A stretch of DNA of 64,000 nucleotides, taken from positions 864,001 to 928,000 of the forward strand of contig CAWBMP010000004.1 of assembly GCA_963790025.1 (NCBI GenBank), written 5' to 3'. This DNA comes from Nitrospirota bacterium (lineage in GTDB: Bacteria > Nitrospirota > Thermodesulfovibrionia > Thermodesulfovibrionales > Dissulfurispiraceae). The notes beneath the pieces were generated by a model, which saw only the letters and a program-made list of their open reading frames with translations, made no database searches and had not been told where the DNA came from. The position numbers and the translations under genes were made by a program. How positions within the stretch are numbered: the first letter of the stretch is position 1; each line of letters begins with the position of its first letter. Positions 50,512-59,916 of the stretch are shown here, one piece after another.

Positions 50512-50756
50512 AAGCTCTCCTTCGCATATCGCCACCAAAAAGCTACATTACTATATCACAAAATACTAATGTCTATTAAAAAATCATGAACGTTTTGACG
50601 ATGGGAGACTGTAGTAAAATTGTAGCAGAACATATCGAAAAGGCGGTATCAGACAGAAAATACCGAACAATGCAGAAAGAAAATCTTTGTCATTAATTCA
50701 ATAAGATAGCTAATTGTCCAGACCAGAAGCCACTTTGTCTAAATTAACCCTGTAGC

Positions 50757-50804
50757 GAATGGCATTCAAGAGGTCGACGGTTCGATCCCGTTCAGCTCCA
50801 CTTT
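50757..50804 (+). repeat. att site: second copy of the tRNA-Ala 3' half
   Basis: Identical to 42840-42887. Confidence 0.95.
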
Positions 50805-50958
50805 AAACTTCTCATTCATTTGCTCGTCATTAACCCCTCCAGAAAGAATAAATAAAGAGGACAGTTCTTTTAATTGCTGTTTGTTATTAAATCGTTAAGT
50901 AATGGAAAGAGAGAGCCTAATTGCATTATAATTCAACTATGAGGAAAGGAGGTTCATT

Positions 50959-51156
50959 ATGTCTGTTAAAGATATGATCAAAAACGAGATCGATAAGCTG
51001 CCTGAGAATCTTCTTGCAGAGGTTTTTGACTTTATCCAATTTTTAGAAACTAAGAAAGAAAAAACTCTCCTCGCCAAGGCATCACAGGAACTTTCAAGTC
51101 TAGCATTTGAGAAAATATGGAATAATGACGAGGATGCAGTCTATGACAGCCTATGA
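50959..51156 (+). CDS. DUF2281-like putative antitoxin
   Basis: LPE.LLAEVFDFIQFL...W...ED..YD.L; AGGAGG RBS; overlaps the toxin start. Confidence 0.75.
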   Translation: MSVKDMIKNEIDKLPENLLAEVFDFIQFLETKKEKTLLAKASQELSSLAFEKIWNNDEDAVYDSL

Positions 51157-51337
51157 AAAGGGAGATGTTGTCCTTGTCCCTTTCCCCTTCAGCAACCAGA
51201 CCGATCTTAAGAAGCGTCCGGCAGTAATCATAAGCGCGAACTCCTATAACAATGCTTCCCATGATGCGGTCATTATGGCGATCACAAGCCAGATTGGAAA
51301 AACTATCGGCATCGGAGAATGCCTCATAACGAAATGA
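51143..51337 (+). pseudogene. PemK/MazF-family toxin, C-terminally truncated (64 aa)
   Basis: GDVVLVPFPFS...KKRPAVIIS...AITS, then an early TGA with no recognisable continuation. Confidence 0.75.
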
Positions 51338-51525
51338 CTCTTTCCACATTACGTCCCGGCCATGCTACTATAATCAGCTGATCGGACTATGCAGTTTTTA
51401 TGCAGTTCATATCTGCAAAGATATGCAAGAAAAGCAGTCCGTTCTTCTTCTGTGATACGCTGAAATGCAAGTATTTGCAAAGACTTGCCAGTATTTGAAA
51501 GGTAAGTCATTGAAAAAGAACATAC

Positions 51526-51570
51526 ATGGCATTCAAGAGGTCGACGGTTCGATCCCGTTCAGCTCCACCA
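51526..51570 (+). repeat. att site: third copy of the tRNA-Ala 3' half, ending in CCACCA
   Basis: atggcattcaagaggtcgacggttcgatcccgttcagctccacca. Confidence 0.93.
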
Positions 51571-51634
51571 TTTATTTTCAAGCACTTGCATGTCTTTAAA
51601 TCTCTCCTCCAACCGCCTGATTGTAAGGTTTTTG

Positions 51635-51724
51635 TTTAGTCGGTTTTCCTGACGGCACATTGTCCAGAATATCAACCGCCCTGGCCTAGTGCGCCGGTGC
51701 AAGATGAGACGCAAAGGTGCGTCT
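51635..51724 (-). pseudogene. Integrase C-terminal remnant with internal deletion
   Basis: Translates RRTFASHLAPAH*ARAVDILDNV; the intact int reads RHTFASHL...AHLAPSHKVKAVDILDN. Confidence 0.75.
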
Positions 51725-51830
51725 GGCCTGATATGCCTGTTACTGTTATAATAACTCTTCTCTTGATAATTTAATTTTTAGATGATATTCTAAACTGTAT
51801 GTTAAAAAAACAATTCCCTGTCGGCCTATT

Positions 51831-52298
51831 ATGGACGTAAGAGATAACACTTTCAATTTAAAGTGCGAGATGCTCAAGAAAACCAAGTGGGTGAGCGATT
51901 TCACATTGCAGGAGATTGAGGAGTTTGCCGACTACCTGCATATTGTAAATGCGATAAAGGATACACATATATTCAATGAGGGCGACGAAGACTCCTTCAT
52001 GTGTCTTATCGTAGAAGGCAGTATCTCAATAGTGAAAGAGGCTTACAGTGGCATGAAGAAGACCGTAACTATTCTGTACAACGGAACCTTCGGGGAGATG
52101 GCTCTCATCGACGGAAATCCCCGCTCCGCTTCCGCCTTAGCCGTTGAAAATAGCATCCTTCTGACGCTGAACAACTTGCATTTCAAGCAACTCCTTGCCA
52201 ATAGCCCGAACTTGGGAATAAAAATCCTGTTAAAACTATCACAGCTCATGAGCCAGCGGCTCCGCTCAACCACAGACATGCTGATTGATTACCTGTAG
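51831..52298 (+). CDS. Stand-alone cyclic nucleotide-binding domain protein, copy 1
   Basis: IFNEGD, FGEMALID..PRSASA; no HTH. Confidence 0.88.
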   Translation: MDVRDNTFNLKCEMLKKTKWVSDFTLQEIEEFADYLHIVNAIKDTHIFNEGDEDSFMCLIVEGSISIVKEAYSGMKKTVTILYNGTFGEMALIDGNPRSASALAVENSILLTLNNLHFKQLLANSPNLGIKILLKLSQLMSQRLRSTTDMLIDYL

Positions 52299-52364
52299 CA
52301 ACTGCCACTTCTTGCCTCTGAATGGGTCAGGCTTTTTAGGTTTCATAGATTTTTAAATTATAAA

Positions 52365-52396
52365 ACCCCTAAGTCAGGCTTACCTAACTTAGGGGT
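52365..52396. terminator. Hairpin between convergent genes
   Basis: acccctaagt...acttaggggt with A/T-rich flanks. Confidence 0.6.
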
Positions 52397-52497
52397 ATAT
52401 TTTTTTATTTTATAACATCCTTCAAAGATCACAGCTGTGCGTATTCCAAGCCACTGCCACATTTGTTTATTAAGCATTCAGTTACCTTAAGCTTTCA

Positions 52498-53418
52498 TTA
52501 ACCGTCTTTCTTAATAACAGCTATCAGTTCGTCTCTGACCTTCTCCCATTGATCTATGGGAACCTGACAGGTCCCGACAACTGCGTGGCCCCCTCCACCG
52601 TATTTGAGCATCAGAGATCCTACATTTGTTTTTGAGGTCCGGTTAATTATGCTGTGTCCGCAGGTAATTACCATGTTCTGTTTTTTAAACCCCCATATGA
52701 TTCTCATCGAAATATTCTGATCAGGGAACAGAACGTATTCCTTGAACCGGTTTCCGCAAAGAATTTCTTCTACATTGTGAAGATCGATAATCAGTACATT
52801 CCCATCCGCCTTGCTGTTTGCATTGATCATCGCTTCGTACGCTTTTTCCTGTTCATAATACCGTTTAATGCGTTCCTGCACATCCGGCTTGCTGAGAATC
52901 TCTTCCACATCCATTTCACGACAGTATTTTATCATGTCTTCCATGAGATTATAATTTGAGATCCTGTAGTCCCGATATCTTCCCAATCCTGTGCGGGGAT
53001 CCATTATAAATGAAAGCAATATCCAACCTTTCGGATTTGTAATGTCTTCTGCCGTCAAATTCCCGCTGTCACTCTTATCAACCGAAACCATCAATCCGTT
53101 TTCATCATATCTGGCAAATTTTGCAGCACCGCCATAATAATCGTATATGACTCTGGCACAACTGGGCGCAACTTCAGACTTGCCTTTAAATTCGAGTCTC
53201 GATTCCAGCCGTTCTTTTTCGCTGGAATGATGATCAAACCACAAACCGCAACCGGAGACATATGGAATGTTCGCAAGAACGTCATTTTTGGTAACAGTAA
53301 CCTTTCCGTCCTGAATATCCTTGGGGTGAACAAACGTATATTCATCCACCACACCAGCTTCCACGAGTAAAACCGCACACACAAGACCGTCGTAGTCCGA
53401 CCGGGTTAATAGCCTCAT
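52498..53418 (-). CDS. DHH-family phosphoesterase (often annotated exopolyphosphatase-like)
   Basis: TRSDYDG, WFDHH and GGGGH (DHHA1-like). Confidence 0.85.
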   Translation of the reverse strand: MRLLTRSDYDGLVCAVLLVEAGVVDEYTFVHPKDIQDGKVTVTKNDVLANIPYVSGCGLWFDHHSSEKERLESRLEFKGKSEVAPSCARVIYDYYGGAAKFARYDENGLMVSVDKSDSGNLTAEDITNPKGWILLSFIMDPRTGLGRYRDYRISNYNLMEDMIKYCREMDVEEILSKPDVQERIKRYYEQEKAYEAMINANSKADGNVLIIDLHNVEEILCGNRFKEYVLFPDQNISMRIIWGFKKQNMVITCGHSIINRTSKTNVGSLMLKYGGGGHAVVGTCQVPIDQWEKVRDELIAVIKKDG

Positions 53419-53997
53419 AATTTGATCCTCCTATAACAATTTGTCGTCAAGAACGCCAAAAGATCCGGCTGATCTTTACCCATAGCAAGCATCTATTTAT
53501 TTGCCCTGGACAGACTATAATCGGCAACCGCATGCCAGGTTTTCTCTACGAATTCTTCTGATATGGGTTCCATCTTACAAATCTCCCCGTTAGAACTTTT
53601 ATTCGAACCATCCATATTATACCTGATTTTGTGGCCCTGATAAATGAAAGGCACTTTGCCGACCTCATAAAGGGACCGGTAAACCCGTAAGCTTCCCCTC
53701 CAAGTAGACAGCATATAAGTAAAGCTTGCTGAAGCAGTGTGAATGCCATATTTACTGTAGTAAAAATGTAGCAGAACATATCGAGAGCACAAAAAATACC
53801 GAACATACCGAATGGTGAATGAGGTCATCCCTTAGTTATTGACATTCTCAATTAAAGAATTCCCTGAATATCAAATATCAATGTGTTTAACCCTAGCGAC
53901 CCTGATGACCCGTAATAATATCCCCACTCTTGATAATTTACTTTTCAGGTGATATTCTTAATAGTATGTTTAAAAAACAATTCCCTATCGGCCTATT

Positions 53998-54468
53998 ATG
54001 GACTTAAGAGGCGACGCTTTCTATCTAAAGTGCGAGATGCTCAAGAAAACCCAGTGGGCAAGCGACTTCACATTAGGTGAGATTGAACAGTTTGCCGACT
54101 ACCTGTTTGTTGTGCATGCGCTAAAGGATATGCCTGTTTTCAGTGAGGGCGACGAAGACGCCTTCATGTGTCTTATCGTAGAAGGCAGCATCTCCATAGT
54201 AAAAGAGGATTACAGCGGCATGAAGAAGACCATAACTACTCTGCACGACGGAAATACCTTCGGAGAGATAGCACTTATCGACGGAAGTCCCCGCTCCGCT
54301 TCCGCCATCGCCGTTGAAAATAGCACTCTTCTTACACTCCACAACATGTATTTCAAGCAACTCCTCGACAATAGCCCGAACCTGGGAATAAAGATCTTGT
54401 TCAAACTCGCACGGCTCATGAGCCAGAGGCTTCGCGTAACCACAGACATGCTGATTGATTACCTGTAG
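53998..54468 (+). CDS. Stand-alone cyclic nucleotide-binding domain protein, copy 2
   Basis: VFSEGD, FGEIALID..PRSASA; close paralog of 51831-52298. Confidence 0.88.
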   Translation: MDLRGDAFYLKCEMLKKTQWASDFTLGEIEQFADYLFVVHALKDMPVFSEGDEDAFMCLIVEGSISIVKEDYSGMKKTITTLHDGNTFGEIALIDGSPRSASAIAVENSTLLTLHNMYFKQLLDNSPNLGIKILFKLARLMSQRLRVTTDMLIDYL

Positions 54469-54496
54469 CAATCGTATGGCGCTCCGCTGTTACAGA

Positions 54497-54871
54497 TTAT
54501 ATTCTATCAATGCGTATCTTTTTAGCTCCCTGTGCTTTTTTTAGGACGGTCGGGTCCCCGTTAATTTTCCCTACAAGGTTCACCGCGCTTGCAGGCACGG
54601 GGTCGGGACCGCTGCTCATAGGTGTAGGGCCAAAGAATATGGCGAGTGCGTTGCCGGGAGGCCAGTAGCCTATATCTCCGGCCTTGACCTTGGTTGTTGC
54701 TGTTCCGTCCAGAGGCATTTTGACCGCTATTTCAAAATAAAACTCATCGCCCCATTCATTAGGGCATGTCACAATGGGCAGAGCTTCTGAAATAGCCTTT
54801 GCACAGGAGGTATCGAAGAGTTCAGCATCCACCCTGATGTTGTGAACGGCTATCCTGATTTTTTCAGACAT
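54497..54871 (-). CDS. Cyclophilin-like fold protein (TM1367-like)
   Basis: WGDEFYF, GDIGYWPPG.ALAIFFG.TP and PASAVN. Confidence 0.8.
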   Translation of the reverse strand: MSEKIRIAVHNIRVDAELFDTSCAKAISEALPIVTCPNEWGDEFYFEIAVKMPLDGTATTKVKAGDIGYWPPGNALAIFFGPTPMSSGPDPVPASAVNLVGKINGDPTVLKKAQGAKKIRIDRI

Positions 54872-54984
54872 TTCTGTTACTCCTCCTATCATATAATGAA
54901 ATTATAGCCTAAATAGGGTTGGCTGTGATAATATTCCATCCATTAACTGTAAGTCTTTGCGTGAAATTCTTATGGGAGGGGAAA

Positions 54985-56601
54985 ATGCAAAAAGAAAATG
55001 GGAAAGTGGCCTTATTATCTGTGTATCAAAAGACAGGCATCGTTGAGTTTGCCAAAGCGTTAGTGGGTCTCGGCTGGAGGATACTGGCTTCGGGAGGAAC
55101 AGCCAAATCAATATCTGAAGCAGGCATACCGGTCCAGGATGTGGCCTCACTCGTAGGCGGCCAGGCTATACTTGGGCATAGAGTTGTCACCCTGTCCCGG
55201 GAAGTGCATGCCGGGTTGCTGGCGAGAGAAACTGAAGAAGATGCAAAAGAGATGGAACAACTCGGGATTCCCTATATCGATCTGGTGTGCGTTGATCTAT
55301 ACCCGTTGTACGATGAAATCAAAAAGCCGGGAAGTACGTTAGAATCGGTAATCGAAAAAACTGATATCGGCGGACCGACCATGCTGCGTTCCGCGGCCAA
55401 GGGACGAAGAATTGTCATCTGCGACCCTGCCGATAGAAAATTAGTAATCGAATGGTTAAAAAAAGGTCAGCCGGATAAGGACAAAGTCATTACAAGGCTT
55501 TGCGCAAAGGCAGAATTTATAGTTTCCGAGTACTGCCTGGCTTCGGCAAGATATCATAGCGCCGGCGAACTTGACGGCTTGGTTGGGACCAAAATATTGA
55601 CTTGCAAATACGGCGAGAACGGCTACCAGACCCCCGCCGGGCTGCATAGCTGCGGGACAGACGACCACCTGGCATTGAACAGGTTTGAACAGGTTGCCGG
55701 AGATTCGCCAAGCTACAATAATCTTTGCGATATCGACCGGCTGCTGCAGACAGTTACTCATATTGCTGCCGCCTTTAAGTTCAACATGACAACTATGCCT
55801 AATATTGCGGTCGCAGTCAAGCATGGCAATCCTTGCGGGGCCTCGGTCGGGAAAAAAATAGACGATACTTTGAAAAAAATGATTGTTGGAGATAGGCGGG
55901 CTATTTTCGGCGGTCTGGTGATGACTAATTTTCATATCGGCGTCAAAGAAGCAAAAATTTTACTGACCTATCAGATGGATAAAGGAAAAAGACGTCTTCT
56001 CGACGGCATAATAGCGCCATCCTTCGATCATGAGGCAGTGAAGATGCTCGAACGAAAAGGAGACAAATGCCGGTTCATATCTAATTCAGCCCTGGCGCAT
56101 TTAGACCAAAGCAGTCTCGATCTTGCTCCTCGTTTCCGTTATGTGCGCGGCGGTTTCTTAAAACAGCCGAACTACTCGTTCGTGCCTGATCTTAATGCTA
56201 CCGAGTTGGAGAAGATGGGGAAAATAACGGACCGCGACTATTCCAACGTTCTGATAGCATGGGCCATCGGATCAACCAGTAACAGTAATACGGTTACCCT
56301 GGTAAAGGATGGATACCTTATCGGCAACGGTACCGGACAGCAGGACCGTGTAGGAGGTTGCAAGTTGGCCGTAAGTAGGGCTAAGGATGCAGGACATGAA
56401 ACAAAAGGGGCGGTTGCATATAGCGACAGTTTCTTCCCTTTTACAGACGGACCGGCAGTTTTGGCCAAGGCAGGCATAAAAACAATTTTCGCCTCCGGCG
56501 GGTCGGTCATGGACAAGGATGTCAAGGCTTTTTGTCTAAAAAAGAATATATCTTTGGTCCTTATTCCCGACAGAATCGGCCGCGGTTTTTTTGGTCACTA
56601 A
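54985..56601 (+). CDS. purH: Bifunctional AICAR transformylase/IMP cyclohydrolase (divergent)
   Basis: ALLSV..KTG, SGGT, DIGGPTMLRSAAK, YGEN, SYNN, KHGNPCG and SDSFFPF. Confidence 0.88.
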   Translation: MQKENGKVALLSVYQKTGIVEFAKALVGLGWRILASGGTAKSISEAGIPVQDVASLVGGQAILGHRVVTLSREVHAGLLARETEEDAKEMEQLGIPYIDLVCVDLYPLYDEIKKPGSTLESVIEKTDIGGPTMLRSAAKGRRIVICDPADRKLVIEWLKKGQPDKDKVITRLCAKAEFIVSEYCLASARYHSAGELDGLVGTKILTCKYGENGYQTPAGLHSCGTDDHLALNRFEQVAGDSPSYNNLCDIDRLLQTVTHIAAAFKFNMTTMPNIAVAVKHGNPCGASVGKKIDDTLKKMIVGDRRAIFGGLVMTNFHIGVKEAKILLTYQMDKGKRRLLDGIIAPSFDHEAVKMLERKGDKCRFISNSALAHLDQSSLDLAPRFRYVRGGFLKQPNYSFVPDLNATELEKMGKITDRDYSNVLIAWAIGSTSNSNTVTLVKDGYLIGNGTGQQDRVGGCKLAVSRAKDAGHETKGAVAYSDSFFPFTDGPAVLAKAGIKTIFASGGSVMDKDVKAFCLKKNISLVLIPDRIGRGFFGH

Positions 56602-56612
56602 TATTATGGGTT

Positions 56613-56645
56613 GCGGGGGTTATTTTATTTATATATAACCCCCGC
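56613..56645. terminator. Hairpin between convergent purH and YhcH-like gene
   Basis: gcgggggtta...taacccccgc. Confidence 0.6.
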
Positions 56646-56648
56646 CCT

Positions 56649-57119
56649 TTAACTTATGGCAACTTTTATCACTACCTTAAATACTTTAGACGGTGTTGTG
56701 ACGGCCAATCTTGGGGCATGACCGTCGTCGGGATAAAGTATAGCCAACTGGCCTGCCTGCAAGTAGACTGATGCAATTTGATTTTTGGGCGCCTTACCGA
56801 AAGAAATATCTCTTTCCACATTATATGCTTCAAGATCCGTCATCAGGGCGGCAGGGGCCCAGCCGATAATCTCTTCGCCGGACACGATATACTGAATGTC
56901 GATGTACTTTTGATGGCATTCGAATTTTGGAACATCCGCAATTACCGTCTCATAGCTTTGAAACAGAGCATAAACACTTTGTCCCTCGATTTCTACCTTG
57001 CCGTCAGTCCACCTATCAGGACTAAAGGTATCCAATCTCCGCAGGAAGTCAATCCCTTTATTCAGGGGGCCTGTCATTAAAACCTGCTGATCAATATGAT
57101 TAAGGTCGGTAGCAATCAT
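56649..57119 (-). CDS. YhcH/YjgK/YiaL-family protein
   Basis: FECHQKYIDIQY..G.E, P.D.H.P and KVVIKV. Confidence 0.88.
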   Translation of the reverse strand: MIATDLNHIDQQVLMTGPLNKGIDFLRRLDTFSPDRWTDGKVEIEGQSVYALFQSYETVIADVPKFECHQKYIDIQYIVSGEEIIGWAPAALMTDLEAYNVERDISFGKAPKNQIASVYLQAGQLAILYPDDGHAPRLAVTTPSKVFKVVIKVAIS

Positions 57120-57236
57120 CTTTTCTCCTTTTCCGTTTAAAAATAGTCGTGAGCAGACTTAATTGTATCAGGTGGAAATCTACGAGGTCAAGGATTGGAT
57201 TGTCAACAGTCAGATTGTTCTGGTATCATTTGGATC

Positions 57237-57638
57237 ATGACAAAAAAAGTGGTCTGCGCAGGAACATTTGATCATTTTCACCCCGGGCATAGAGACTTTC
57301 TCAAGCAAGCCCGGAGCTTGGGCGATGAGTTGACGGTAATCGTGGCGAGAGACGAGACTGTAAAAAGGATTAAAGGTTTTTTGCCCACCCATGATGAACA
57401 AATGAGAAAGCATAATGTCGAGGAGTCGGGCATACCGGAACTCGTGATTCTGGGAAATCTCGACACCGACCTCTTCCAGATCCTTCAGGAACTCAGGCCC
57501 GATATTATAGCGCTCGGCTATGACCAGCGAGTTTCCGAGGAGGAAATAGCAAAGAGGTTCCCCTCCTGCACAATAATAAGGCTCTGTTCATTTGAACCCG
57601 ACCATTACAAGTCATCCTTCTACCGCCAGAAAAGCTAG
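57237..57638 (+). CDS. Cytidylyltransferase-superfamily protein (archaeal-type FAD synthase RibL-like)
   Basis: GTFDHFHPGH (HxGH), VARD, PDIIALGYDQ and KSS. Confidence 0.75.
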   Translation: MTKKVVCAGTFDHFHPGHRDFLKQARSLGDELTVIVARDETVKRIKGFLPTHDEQMRKHNVEESGIPELVILGNLDTDLFQILQELRPDIIALGYDQRVSEEEIAKRFPSCTIIRLCSFEPDHYKSSFYRQKS

Positions 57639-57650
57639 CAGAAAATAAAA

Positions 57651-57675
57651 TGGGGATCCCGAAAGGGGATCCCCA
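57651..57675. terminator. Hairpin between convergent genes
   Basis: tggggatccc-gaaag-gggatcccca, preceded by an A-rich run. Confidence 0.7.
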
Positions 57676-57694
57676 AGGTAGTAAAGGTGTGAAA

Positions 57695-58048
57695 TTAAAT
57701 CTTTAAAGGATTAACAAAGAGAATAATAAGCACAACAACAAGCGCGTAAATAGCAAGAGACTCGATCATCGCAAGACCGATAATAAGGGTTGTGGTAATC
57801 TTGCCTGATGCACCGGGGTTCCTTGCGATACCTTCGGCTGCACCCTTTAAACCAAGACCCTGACCAATTGCTGCCCCGAAAGCGGCAATACCGATGGCAA
57901 GACCAAGGCCAAGCACTACAACGCCGTTGTACAACGGTTTTGCGCCTGCGGCTGCTGCAGGAGCGGCCTCTTCAGCAGCGAGTGCAAGAGGTGCAAACAC
58001 TGCGAGTGCAATAAGTACTATAAGAGTGAGAGAGATCAGCTTCTTCAT
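57695..58048 (-). CDS. atpE: F0 ATP synthase subunit c with N-terminal leader
   Basis: GQG...ARNP...[16 protein letters not shown] before ATG 58048. Confidence 0.95.
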   Translation of the reverse strand: MKKLISLTLIVLIALAVFAPLALAAEEAAPAAAAGAKPLYNGVVVLGLGLAIGIAAFGAAIGQGLGLKGAAEGIARNPGASGKITTTLIIGLAMIESLAIYALVVVLIILFVNPLKI

Positions 58049-58076
58049 TGTCCATTCCTCCTTTCTACGAGATAGT

Positions 58077-58757
58077 TTAATGTGCCTCTTCAACCGCACC
58101 TGCCAAATATAGGCAGGTAAGGAGAATAAACACATATGCCTGAATTACACTAACAAGCACGCCTAGTCCCAGAATAACGCAAGGCACTATAATCGGTGCC
58201 AGAATGCCCAGAATCACGAGAATCATATGCTTTGCTATCATGTTGCCAAAAAGCCTGACAGAAAGCGTTAAAGGGCGCACCAGGTGGCCTATGAGTTCAA
58301 TAAAAAACATGAGAATCATTAGCGGCAATGCAACAATGGATCTGACAGGTCCGAGAAAATGATATAAATACTTGGGCCCGTGGACTTTTATACCGTAATA
58401 ATGCGTGGCCAAAAATACCGGGATCGCCATTGAGGCGGTCATGTTGATATTGCTAGTCGGAGATTCAAACCCCGGGATGAGTCCCATTAAATTACAGAGC
58501 GCAATGTAGAGGAACAGAGTGCCGATAAGAGGATAAAACGTCCCGGCCCAGTGGTGGCCGATGGTCGAATTCGACAGGTCAAGCGAGAATTCAGCAGCCG
58601 ACTCCATCACATTCTGCAGCCCGGAAGGGACCAGAGTGATTTTGTTTCTCAATGCCAATGCGAGACCGATAAGAATGATCATCGCAAGCCAGGAATACGA
58701 GACATAAGGGGGTATAGAGGGCAATAACATTTCTAAAAATGGGGGTGTTTCATGCAT
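58077..58757 (-). CDS. atpB: F0 ATP synthase subunit a
   Basis: [19 protein letters not shown] and IQAYVF..L..Y. Confidence 0.95.
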   Translation of the reverse strand: MHETPPFLEMLLPSIPPYVSYSWLAMIILIGLALALRNKITLVPSGLQNVMESAAEFSLDLSNSTIGHHWAGTFYPLIGTLFLYIALCNLMGLIPGFESPTSNINMTASMAIPVFLATHYYGIKVHGPKYLYHFLGPVRSIVALPLMILMFFIELIGHLVRPLTLSVRLFGNMIAKHMILVILGILAPIIVPCVILGLGVLVSVIQAYVFILLTCLYLAGAVEEAH

Positions 58758-59014
58758 ACTCTTCTCCTTCTGGCCTCCTTCTGCTAAATATACAGGCAGC
58801 CACTACGATATGGATTAGTACCGAATAAAAGATAAACGTAATGGCTATATTAAATTTAAAGCTATTTAAAAGTCAATGCTTAAAGCAGTTAAGTTTTTTA
58901 ATTCTGATATAAGATTTTGTAATTGAATAATAGGCTAAAGGGAAAAAAGGCAAATGTTTTTTTGTTCTGTATTTTGCCTTTAGCCCCGATTTTTTAGCCT
59001 TTTACCTTATTATT

Positions 59015-59878
59015 TTATAGTAACAGCATGGAACCCCTTGAGAGTCCAAGCTCTTTTGATACCACATCGCACTTTGCCTGTAAAAGGAAAAAGATTTCCT
59101 TACTCTCATTATTGCCGTCGCTGGGACCATGACAGTCCAGGGTCTCGAAATTGCCCTGACCCTTGCTTATAATAAAATCGGCCTCGCTGAACCTGCGGTT
59201 AAAATCCGGAGATGTCATGTCCAGAATCGTACCGATACAATCACACCCGTTATCAATAACCTCACATAGTTCCGTCAATCCGGCTTCAGCAGCATCCTTC
59301 GCTGTCGAGTCGTTCAGCACCGCAGAGCCTTTCACCACTGCCGTTACTTTTTTACCCAGAGCCAGCAGAACCTCGATCAGCAGCCTGTCAAAAACTATCT
59401 CTCCGGAGTTATCCAGGAGGTAAAACACGCTGTCATGCCTGTCCACCGCACGCCTTAACCGGTCGTAATGGTCTATGGTAATAGGATTGTTCAAAGCTCG
59501 TTCGACAGTGCCGCTAACGTCGACCGAACTGAATATGCCGAAATCGATAATATTGCCCGCTATGGCAAGGCGCGCGGCGGTCCAAAGGGGATCGCCGCTC
59601 TTAAGTACGAGCGTCCTGAGTTCAGGATAAAGGCTGAGCGCCGCCCGGTTGTATTCGGATTTTATATCCTTGAACGGGTCTTTTCCGAGGAGTTGCCGTA
59701 TCTTCCGGTGCATAAAGGTAGTCGAATACGCCGGTGATTTAGACATATCAGTCGCCCTTATTTCGTCAGTAACGCCCTTCAGCACTGCTGCTTGCAGCGC
59801 TTCGTCTTTTGTGCCGAGCCTGACCGCAATTAATGTCTGTTTGAAAAAACAGGGAAAGCAATCTATATGAACTTTCAT
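59015..59878 (-). CDS. DUF89/ARMT1-like damage-control phosphatase
   Basis: C.PC, GNIIDFG, DNSGE and KGQGNFETL. Confidence 0.88.
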   Translation of the reverse strand: MKVHIDCFPCFFKQTLIAVRLGTKDEALQAAVLKGVTDEIRATDMSKSPAYSTTFMHRKIRQLLGKDPFKDIKSEYNRAALSLYPELRTLVLKSGDPLWTAARLAIAGNIIDFGIFSSVDVSGTVERALNNPITIDHYDRLRRAVDRHDSVFYLLDNSGEIVFDRLLIEVLLALGKKVTAVVKGSAVLNDSTAKDAAEAGLTELCEVIDNGCDCIGTILDMTSPDFNRRFSEADFIISKGQGNFETLDCHGPSDGNNESKEIFFLLQAKCDVVSKELGLSRGSMLLL

Positions 59879-59916
59879 TGCCTTTAACCTTTAGCCCTTT
59901 GCCTCTTGCCCATGTT

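Noticed and set aside
51143..51372. Selenocysteine read-through of the toxin TGA (selB is present)
   Set aside because: The downstream frame (LFPHYVPAMLL*) does not resemble PemK and there is no obvious SECIS hairpin. I noticed no selenoprotein in the window.
50757..51570. Additional tRNA-Ala genes
   Set aside because: Only 3' halves are present; the D-arm and 5' acceptor strand are missing, so these are att sites.
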